Below, piece after piece: positions 1 to 7,163 of a stretch of 45,791 bases of DNA. The translations under genes and the position numbers were made by a program. Origin of the DNA: Terrimicrobiaceae bacterium (GTDB lineage: Bacteria > Verrucomicrobiota > Verrucomicrobiia > Chthoniobacterales > Terrimicrobiaceae); NCBI GenBank assembly GCA_044342325.1, contig JBIIPZ010000028.1, forward strand, positions 1 to 45,791, read 5' to 3'. Under the pieces are notes generated by a model, which was not told the DNA's origin, did no database searches, and saw only the letters and a program-made list of their open reading frames with translations. Every line of letters begins with the position of its first letter. The stretch's first letter is position 1.

Positions 1-125
1 CGGGAAAAATCGGGAGCTGGATTTGCGGCATACCCCACTATCAGCACACGAGAGGAAGTCCTTCAATTCGGTTCATTGCGCTTCCTCGAAAGCGGTGCAC
101 GCCTCCCGAAGGTCAGGATGTCTGA
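1..125 (-). mobile_element. Probable end of an insertion sequence running off the left edge; its first ORF starts at 31 (MPQIQLPIFP...)
   Basis: On the minus strand, ATG at 31 gives MPQIQLPIFP, which I recall as the N-terminus of a transposase-associated HTH family. TCAGACATCCTGACC (minus, 125-111) resembles the terminal repeat I recall for that family. A hydrophobic ORF loses its character exactly at 125. Confidence 0.45.
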
Positions 126-209
126 GCCTCCGGCTTTGAGCAGCACATTGACCGAAAGTATGCCGAGTGAAATGAAAACGAATTGAGTGAGTGCGATGGA
201 AAGCATCAT
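126..209 (-). pseudogene. 5' fragment of a small membrane-protein gene (MMLSIALTQFVFISLGILSVNVLLKAGG), probably interrupted by the IS
   Basis: Its ATG overlaps the aroE stop (ATGA coupling). It encodes one hydrophobic helix, then reads into the putative IS to a stop at about 63. Confidence 0.4.
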
Positions 210-1144
210 AAGCCAGATTGGAGGGCCCGGCGCATTTCCTCAAGCGGCGCGGCGCGGTTGAACCAGATTTCAAAGGAGAGTGCGCCCTGGTGGAGAAGCA
301 TGCCGAGCCCGTTGGCGCAGCGTGCGCCTGCTGCAGCCGCATCCTCGAGCAGTCGCGATGTCCCGCCCGCATACACGGTGTCGTAAACGAGGAGATTCGC
401 AGTGAGCAAAGCAGGCGAAATCACAGGCGGGTCAGTGCGTTTCATTCCGAGCGAGGTCGCATTGATGAGAATGTCGGCATTTTCCAACTCACGCCGCAGG
501 GCCTCGTCGGTGAAAGGGATCGCTACAATGCGCTCCGCCGGGCCGCTTAGTTTCTCGCTCTGAAAATACGGCGCCAATTCTTCAGCAAGCGGGCGGATTT
601 TTTCCAAGGTGCGGTTCACCAGCACCAGGCGCTCGCAGCGTTCCATGGCACATTGAACGGCGATGGCGCGTCCGGCTCCACCTCCGGCACCCAGCAAGAC
701 CACGCGCAGGTCTCGCAAATCGACGCTGAATTCCTCGCGGATCGCCCGCACCAGGCCGGGGCCGTCGGTGTTGAAGCCCATGAGCTTTTGTCCGTTCACC
801 ACGATCGTATTCACACTCCCCGAAGCGCGGGCGTAGGCATCCGCCTCGTCAACCTCGGCCAATGCTGCCGCTTTGTGGGGGATTGTCACATTTGCACCCA
901 GAAATCCCGCCGCGGGTAAAGTATGCAGCACTTCAGCAAAGCGCTCGGGTGGGACATGAAGCCTTCCATACTGAGCTCGGATACCGCAAAAACGCAGCGC
1001 CGCATTATGGAAACCGGGAGATCTGGAATGCGCCACCGGATCTCCGATCACGGCAAGTCTCACTGGTGGCGCGAAGCCAGCAAACCGCCCAGGATTTGAA
1101 ATGAAATCCTCAGCGGAAAAAATCTCTGGCACACTTGTTTGCAT
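206..1144 (-). CDS. aroE: Shikimate dehydrogenase
   Basis: Motifs GDPVAHSRSP, GANVTIPHK, NTDGPG, GAGGAGRA, NATSLG and GLGMLLHQG. Start uncertain (1168, 1144 or GTG 1132). Confidence 0.95.
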   Translation of the reverse strand: MQTSVPEIFSAEDFISNPGRFAGFAPPVRLAVIGDPVAHSRSPGFHNAALRFCGIRAQYGRLHVPPERFAEVLHTLPAAGFLGANVTIPHKAAALAEVDEADAYARASGSVNTIVVNGQKLMGFNTDGPGLVRAIREEFSVDLRDLRVVLLGAGGGAGRAIAVQCAMERCERLVLVNRTLEKIRPLAEELAPYFQSEKLSGPAERIVAIPFTDEALRRELENADILINATSLGMKRTDPPVISPALLTANLLVYDTVYAGGTSRLLEDAAAAGARCANGLGMLLHQGALSFEIWFNRAAPLEEMRRALQSGL

Positions 1145-1200
1145 GCCTAAAGAAAGCAGGCAGGGCATCCACTGGCAAGCGGGGGGAACCTCCCGCCTTG

Positions 1201-2604
1201 TTACGGCACGGTGCGAATCTGGATGGATTCGAAGCGCTCCTCGCCTTCGACCAGCTCTCGCAGGGCGATGATTTTATCACCCGAAACCACCAACCCTCGC
1301 TTGATCAGTTCCTCCTCCGCTGCGGCAAAAGTTTCCTCGGCATCGGTATGAAAATCCAAGCGCAGGGCATGCGTGTTCCAGTTCAAGGTCAGGTGGCGCA
1401 CTGTTTCCTCGCGGGGCGAGAAAGCAAAGATCGGCGCCCGGTCTGGACGCAGGTGGCTGGTGCTGTCTGCCATGTCTCCTTCGCGAGTGAAGACTGCAAG
1501 GCGCGCATTCTCGAGGGAGTTTGCGAGGGACACGGCCGCACGGATGGTTTTTTGGCGCTGTGTTACCAAAATCGCCTCCGCCGCATATCCGGCTCCGCCG
1601 CTTTGGGCGATGCGGCGTGCCACGCGGTCGAGCACCTTCACGCACTCGACGGGATATTTGCCCGCCGCCGTCTCGCCGCTCAGCATGACCGCATCGGCCT
1701 GCTCGAAGACCGCATTGGCCACATCCGTAATCTCCGCGCGTGTCGGCACGGGATTTTCGATCATGCTTTCCAGCATATGGGTCGCCACGATGACCGGTTT
1801 TCCAATCTGGATGCACTTTTTGATGATCCGGCGCTGAATGATAGGCAACTCCTCCATCTTGCATTCGATGCCGAGATCACCGCGCGCAATCATGATCGCA
1901 TCGGATGCCAGAATAATGTCTTTGATAAACTTCACCGCATTCTGGTCCTCGATCTTGGCGATCGTGCGCGCCTTGCTGCCCAGTTGAGTCAAGACGCGTT
2001 TGAGCTCCAGAATATCCGACGCCTCGCGGCAAAAACTCAGCGCCACAAAATCGACACCCACCTCCACGCCGAGCCGGATATCCGCATGGTCTTTCTCAGT
2101 GAGCGGAGGAAGGCCGACTTTGACGCCCGGCAGATTGATGTGGCGCCGCGAGCCCATGGAGCCCTCGGTGAGAACCTCGCAACGGATGCGGTGTTCGTTT
2201 TTTTCCAGCACCTTCATGTGGATGACTCCGTTGTCCACCAGCACTGTGTCGCCGACATGGATGTCATTGACGAGGCCGTCGTAGTTCACATCCACCGAGT
2301 AATCCTCCTCGCTACGCGCACCTCGGACAGTGAATTCAAAAATATCCCCGGGCTTCAGATTCAATTTCGTTGGCAGGTCGCCCGTGCGGATCGCAGGCCC
2401 CTGTGTGTCCAGCAGGATGCCGCAGTTTAGGTTGAGATCCGCCGCAAGGCGTCGAATTTTTTTTACAACCTCGCGCACCCAATCGTGGGTCGCGTGGCTC
2501 ATGTTCAGACGAAAGATATTCGCTCCGGCTTCAAGTAGACCCTTGATGACTTCCTCCGACCCTGACGCCGGCCCCAATGTGCAGATGATTTTGGTCTTGC
2601 GCAT
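1201..2604 (-). CDS. pyk: Pyruvate kinase
   Basis: MRKTKIICTLGPAS start, RLNMSH, IAKIE, MIARGDLG, ATHMLESM, PTRAE, MLSGETAAG. Confidence 0.97.
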   Translation of the reverse strand: MRKTKIICTLGPASGSEEVIKGLLEAGANIFRLNMSHATHDWVREVVKKIRRLAADLNLNCGILLDTQGPAIRTGDLPTKLNLKPGDIFEFTVRGARSEEDYSVDVNYDGLVNDIHVGDTVLVDNGVIHMKVLEKNEHRIRCEVLTEGSMGSRRHINLPGVKVGLPPLTEKDHADIRLGVEVGVDFVALSFCREASDILELKRVLTQLGSKARTIAKIEDQNAVKFIKDIILASDAIMIARGDLGIECKMEELPIIQRRIIKKCIQIGKPVIVATHMLESMIENPVPTRAEITDVANAVFEQADAVMLSGETAAGKYPVECVKVLDRVARRIAQSGGAGYAAEAILVTQRQKTIRAAVSLANSLENARLAVFTREGDMADSTSHLRPDRAPIFAFSPREETVRHLTLNWNTHALRLDFHTDAEETFAAAEEELIKRGLVVSGDKIIALRELVEGEERFESIQIRTVP

Positions 2605-2674
2605 GCGGCTATCAAAAGCCCGGCGTCGCAACTGGCAAGATTTCAATTGTCAAAAAAACAAATTGCTTTAATCG

Positions 2675-2694
2675 ATGTATAGCGATATATAAAT
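2675..2694. promoter_or_regulatory. AT-rich imperfect palindrome (ATGTATAG-CGAT-ATATAAAT), candidate ArsR operator for the sulfur operon
   Basis: Lies 14 nt before the rhodanese ATG. Its core AGCGATAT recurs just upstream of the arsR start (7040-7047, minus). Confidence 0.35.
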
Positions 2695-2708
2695 AAAGAC
2701 ACTCTCTT

Positions 2709-3254
2709 ATGACAACAATCCAACCAACCGAACTCCAGTCCATCCTGAAATCCGACTCCACCGTCCAACTCCTCGATGTGCGCACACCGGCCGAGCACAG
2801 CCAAATCCATGTGCCCGGCGTGCATTTGATTCCGCTGGATCGTCTCGATCCCGCGCAGCTCGCGGCGTCCGGCGGTTTTTCGAAGCTCAAGCCCGTTTAC
2901 ATCCTGTGCCAATCGGGTGGACGGGCAAAACAAGCCGCTGCGAGGCTTGAGCAGTCGGGTTTTGAAAAGTGCTGCGTGGTCGAGGGCGGCACCTCTGCAT
3001 GGGCGGCTGCCGGCCTTCCAGTGAAACGTGGGTCGTCCCGGGTCATCTCGCTCGAGCGCCAAGTGCGCATCGCGGCCGGATTTCTCGTTTTGTCTGGCGT
3101 TCTCCTGTCCCAATTTGTCAATCCGGCGTTCATCTGGCTTTCGGGATTTGTGGGAGCAGGTTTGATTTTCGCCGGAGCTACCGATTGGTGCGGCATGGGA
3201 ATGCTCATTGCCCGCATGCCATGGAATCAAGGCTCCTCATGCAGTTCCAAATAA
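2709..3254 (+). CDS. Membrane rhodanese (rhodanese + DUF2892, YgaP-like)
   Basis: LLDVRTPAE, active-site loop CQSGGRA, then SLERQVRIAAG, TM helices and WCGMGMLIARMPWN typical of DUF2892. Confidence 0.9.
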   Translation: MTTIQPTELQSILKSDSTVQLLDVRTPAEHSQIHVPGVHLIPLDRLDPAQLAASGGFSKLKPVYILCQSGGRAKQAAARLEQSGFEKCCVVEGGTSAWAAAGLPVKRGSSRVISLERQVRIAAGFLVLSGVLLSQFVNPAFIWLSGFVGAGLIFAGATDWCGMGMLIARMPWNQGSSCSSK

Positions 3255-3275
3255 CAAATTCAGAAAATCCGAATC

Positions 3276-4694
3276 ATGTTTCTCAAGCAAATCTCCGACC
3301 CCGCCTTGGCCCAATACTCCTACCTCATCGGCTGTCAAAGAACCGGTGAAGCCGTCGTAGTCGATCCCGAGCGGGACATCGACCGCTACTTGGAAATCGC
3401 CAAGCATGAGGGTCTGAAAATCTCAGCCGTCGCCGAGACCCACATCCACGCCGATTTCGTCAGCGGAGCGCAGGAATTCGCAGCCGCCGATCCATCCATC
3501 AAAATCTACCTCTCCGCAGAGGGCGGGCCAGACTGGCAGAGCGAGTGGGCGAAGGCGCTCCCAGGCTACAACCCGCTCCATGACGGCGACTCCTTTAAAA
3601 TAGGAAACATCGAACTGCAGGCTGTCCACACGCCGGGGCACACGCCAGAGCACATGGTTTTTCTTGTCACCGATCATGGCGGCGGAGCGAACGAGCCGAT
3701 TGCCATGCTCAGCGGCGACTTCCTTTTTGTGGGTGACGCCGGCCGACCCGATCTGCTGGAGCAGGCCGCCGGACTAGAGGGCACGCAGGAGCAGGGAGCC
3801 GGCGCACTATATAAGAGCCTTCGCAAGGTTTCCGAGTTGCCCTGCCATGTGCAGGTCCTCCCCGCCCATGGTGCCGGAAGCGCCTGCGGCAAGGCACTCG
3901 GCTCAATTCCAAACTCCACTTTCGGCTACGAGGAAAAATTCAACCCTGCTCTCAAACTGGCTCTCAACGAAAGCGAGGAGGTTTTTGTGAATTTCATTCT
4001 CAGCGGACAACCCGAACCTCCCGCCTACTTCGCCAATATGAAGAGGGTGAATAAAGTCGGCCCCGCCGTCTTGGGCACACTTCCCGAAGCTCGACTGCTG
4101 AGCCTCGATGAAATTCTCCCGCGCCTCAACGAGTCTGGATTTGTGATTCTCGACACGAGGCCACGCGGGGAGTTTTTGCAAGGCCATCTTCGCGGCAGCC
4201 TCTTTACTCCGCCGGAGAAATTCTCCGATTTCGCGGGCAGCTACCTTTCGCCCGAGCAGGAGATTGTCCTTCTCGCGGATGATGCCGCAGCCGCGCAGGA
4301 CTACATTCGCCAACTCGTCCGCATAGGCTTCGACCATATCGCGGGCTTTCTCCCGGCAGCTTCCCTCGCCGTCGCGCCTGCGGAAGCCATCGTAAAATTC
4401 GCCACTGTGGATTTCCAGGCCGTGCCGGCCTTGCTGGGTGGAAATGGAAACACTTTTGCGTTGGATGTCAGGAAGGCGACGGAATTCGCAGGCGGACATA
4501 TACGAAACGCCCGCAACCTTGCCCACACACGCCTTCGCCCCCGCCTCGCGGAAATCCCGAGGGTTCCGCTCACCATAAATTGTCAAACAGGTCAGCGCGC
4601 CACCGGTGCCAGCGCCTTTCTTGCGCGCAATGGCTACACGGTCACCTGCGTGGCCGACAAATTTGAGAACGCTCCGAAGGCCATTCTTTCATGA
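3276..4694 (+). CDS. Persulfide dioxygenase (MBL fold) fused to two rhodanese domains, CstB-like
   Basis: ETHIHADF, HTPGHTPEH, SGDFLFVGDAGRPDL, PAHGAGSACG; C-terminal rhodanese with CQTGQRA. Confidence 0.9.
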   Translation: MFLKQISDPALAQYSYLIGCQRTGEAVVVDPERDIDRYLEIAKHEGLKISAVAETHIHADFVSGAQEFAAADPSIKIYLSAEGGPDWQSEWAKALPGYNPLHDGDSFKIGNIELQAVHTPGHTPEHMVFLVTDHGGGANEPIAMLSGDFLFVGDAGRPDLLEQAAGLEGTQEQGAGALYKSLRKVSELPCHVQVLPAHGAGSACGKALGSIPNSTFGYEEKFNPALKLALNESEEVFVNFILSGQPEPPAYFANMKRVNKVGPAVLGTLPEARLLSLDEILPRLNESGFVILDTRPRGEFLQGHLRGSLFTPPEKFSDFAGSYLSPEQEIVLLADDAAAAQDYIRQLVRIGFDHIAGFLPAASLAVAPAEAIVKFATVDFQAVPALLGGNGNTFALDVRKATEFAGGHIRNARNLAHTRLRPRLAEIPRVPLTINCQTGQRATGASAFLARNGYTVTCVADKFENAPKAILS

Positions 4695-5500
4695 ATAGCA
4701 TAGTCCACGACTCGCTAGGTCTGTTTTATGGCTTGGTCGTGGGAGTCTCACTCGGCCTAACCGGTGGGGGAGGTTCGATCTTTGCCGCTCCACTTTTGAT
4801 ATACGGGCTCGGCATTCCAGTTCGAAGTGCGATCGGTTTGAGCCTTGCCGTTGTGGGGGCCACAGCAGGATTCGGAGCGATGCTTCGGCTTAAAGCGCGC
4901 GAAGTCGATGTGCGCTCCGGCATTGTCTTTGCCCTAGGCGGGATGCTCCTCGCCCCGGCAGGGACTTGGATCGGGCATGCTATTCCATCGGCTTTAATCC
5001 TGTCCTGTTTTGCTGTTCTCATGACCTTCGTTGGTTGGCGTATGTGGATTGGCGGGGTGGAAGCCAGCGGTGAGGTTGGTCCTTGCGTGATCAGAGGAAA
5101 TGGCAAACCCGGTCCTGGTTGTTACATGCGCCTTGCTTCCGCCGGAGCCGCTGCGGGCCTGCTTTCAGGTCTTTTCGGTGTGGGAGGCGGCTTCATTATC
5201 GTGCCAGCGCTTCTCTATGTCACCGGAACGACGATTCATCGCGCCGTGGCTACTTCCCTTCTGGTGATATTCTTGATCTCGCTCTCCGGCGTTGGAGCAA
5301 GCCTTGTCCAGGGGCAGGTCTTCCCGATGCCGGCCTCCGCTCTTTTTTTGGCAGGTGGATTGCTCGGCATGGTAGCCGGTGGTGCCCTGCGTTCGAAGTT
5401 GAGTGGCCCGGCTCTCCGCAAGGTCTTCGCCGCCGCAATGTGGGCAGTTGGAGCCTACATGCTGATTCAAAATCTCACCCCATTCCTCCCGAAACGCTGA
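4691..5500 (+). CDS. TauE/SafE family sulfite/sulfur-compound exporter
   Basis: Two GxxGxGGG half-repeats (GLTGGGGSI, GLFGVGGGFIIVP), AVATSL, multiple TM helices; ATGA overlap with the upstream gene. Confidence 0.92.
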   Translation: MNSIVHDSLGLFYGLVVGVSLGLTGGGGSIFAAPLLIYGLGIPVRSAIGLSLAVVGATAGFGAMLRLKAREVDVRSGIVFALGGMLLAPAGTWIGHAIPSALILSCFAVLMTFVGWRMWIGGVEASGEVGPCVIRGNGKPGPGCYMRLASAGAAAGLLSGLFGVGGGFIIVPALLYVTGTTIHRAVATSLLVIFLISLSGVGASLVQGQVFPMPASALFLAGGLLGMVAGGALRSKLSGPALRKVFAAAMWAVGAYMLIQNLTPFLPKR

Positions 5501-5509
5501 AAGGAACCC

Positions 5510-6700
5510 ATGACTGCGAATCATCACAATATTCTCATTATTGGCGGCGGCACGGCTGGCATCACAGTGGCTGCCCGCTTGCGCCGGGCATCCCGCGATT
5601 TGGCCATCGCCGTCATCGAGCCCTCCTCGAAGCACTACTACCAGCCGCTCTGGACACTTGTCGGTGGCGGCGTGGTGGATAAATCCATCACCGAGCGCAA
5701 TGAAGTGGATCTCATCCCGCGCGGCGTGCATTGGATTCGTTCGGCAGCGACCATTTTCGAGCCGAACGAAAAAGCCGTCCTCACATTCGATGGGCAGCGC
5801 CTCACCTACGATCAGTTGGTCGTCTGCCCCGGCATCAAACTCGACTGGGACGCCGTGCCTGGACTTCGATCCGCCATGGGTAAGAACGGCGTTTGCTCCA
5901 ACTACAGCTTCGAAACGGTCGATTACACATGGGAGGCGCTACGTGGCTTCACAGGTGGCACAGCCGTTTTTACCATGCCGCAGACTGCCATCAAATGCGG
6001 TGGAGCGCCCCAAAAAATCCTCTACCTCGCCGAGGATTACATCCGTAGCAAAGGACTGCGCAAACAATCTCGCTTTTTGTATATCGCACCCGGTGCCTCC
6101 ATTTTCGGCGTCGATAAATACCGGCCTGCGCTCGAGAAAATCATCGCCAGCCGAGGCATCGAAACTCTCTTCCACCACCACCTCGTGGAAGTGCGCGGAG
6201 AGCCCTGCCAGGCCATCGTAGAGGATGTGCGAACCAAGGAGCGGAGCAGCATTCCCTTCGACCTCCTCCATGTCACCCCGCCGATGGGCGCACCGGATTT
6301 CATCAAACGCAGCCCCCTTGCCGACAAGGCCGGCTGGGTCGATGTCGACCAATTCACTCTTCAGCACACACGCTTTCCCGACATATTCGCCCTGGGCGAT
6401 GCGAGCAGCCTGCCCACAGGTAGAACCGGCGCCGCCATACGCAAACAGGCTCCCGTGCTGGTGAAAAACCTGCTCGCCCACCGCTCTGGGAAGCCTCTCA
6501 CCGCCCGCTACAATGGCTACACATCCTGTCCGATCGTCACGCGCCGTGGGCGAATGCTGCTCGCGGAGTTCGATTACGACGGCAACCCCTGCGAGACATT
6601 TCCTTTCAATCAGGCGAAGGAGAGATTTTCGATGTGGATTCTCAAACGTTACATTCTTCCGCAGCTCTACTGGCACGGAATGCTCAAGGGCCTCGCCTGA
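5510..6700 (+). CDS. sqr: Sulfide:quinone oxidoreductase, type II-like
   Basis: GGGTAG FAD motif, HYYQPLWTLVGGG, VCSNY, KCGGAPQK, GYTSCP, AEFDY. Confidence 0.92.
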   Translation: MTANHHNILIIGGGTAGITVAARLRRASRDLAIAVIEPSSKHYYQPLWTLVGGGVVDKSITERNEVDLIPRGVHWIRSAATIFEPNEKAVLTFDGQRLTYDQLVVCPGIKLDWDAVPGLRSAMGKNGVCSNYSFETVDYTWEALRGFTGGTAVFTMPQTAIKCGGAPQKILYLAEDYIRSKGLRKQSRFLYIAPGASIFGVDKYRPALEKIIASRGIETLFHHHLVEVRGEPCQAIVEDVRTKERSSIPFDLLHVTPPMGAPDFIKRSPLADKAGWVDVDQFTLQHTRFPDIFALGDASSLPTGRTGAAIRKQAPVLVKNLLAHRSGKPLTARYNGYTSCPIVTRRGRMLLAEFDYDGNPCETFPFNQAKERFSMWILKRYILPQLYWHGMLKGLA

Positions 6701-6706
6701 GCAGCG

Positions 6707-7033
6707 TCACATCGTGAACTGCGAGGGAAGCTCCTTCACCCGCCGGTTCATCCCGTCACACATGAGCTTGCATAGCTCCATCACCAGTGGATCGTTGATC
6801 GAGTAGACGGCGCTCGTGCCTCGCTGCTCGCGCCTCAGAAATCCTGCATCGCGCAGCACCGAGAGTTGCTTCGACACATTGGCTTGAGAGAGGCCGATGG
6901 CCTCCACAAGTTCGCCAACAGTCCGTTCACCGGACTTGAGCTCCTGCACAATCGCCAGACGCGTCGGCTCCGAAAGAGCCCGGAATCGAGCTGCAATCTG
7001 CTCCAGCGCCTCCCGAGACTGTTTTTTTGCCAT
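6707..7033 (-). CDS. ArsR/SmtB family transcriptional regulator with a C-terminal CxxxC
   Basis: FRALSEPTRLAI, HTH segment LSQANVSKQLSVL, and ELCKLMC; convergent with the sulfur operon. Confidence 0.92.
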   Translation of the reverse strand: MAKKQSREALEQIAARFRALSEPTRLAIVQELKSGERTVGELVEAIGLSQANVSKQLSVLRDAGFLRREQRGTSAVYSINDPLVMELCKLMCDGMNRRVKELPSQFTM

Positions 7034-7163
7034 GCCCGAATATCGCTGCATGCCGATAAGAAAGAAACAGGAAAAACCTCCCCGATGGGTTTGCAAGGTG
7101 CGTCGCGATTGAACGGATTCGGGGCATGCCATGTCTCATACCCCATAACCCCTCGTTTGTTTT

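Noticed and set aside
73..372. 99-aa ORF overlapping the aroE end
   Set aside because: Out-of-frame overlap with no protein-like features; the region is better explained by a truncated gene plus an IS end.
1135..2430. 431-aa ORF antisense to pyk
   Set aside because: Codon-aligned antisense shadow typical of GC-rich genes; no recognisable motifs.
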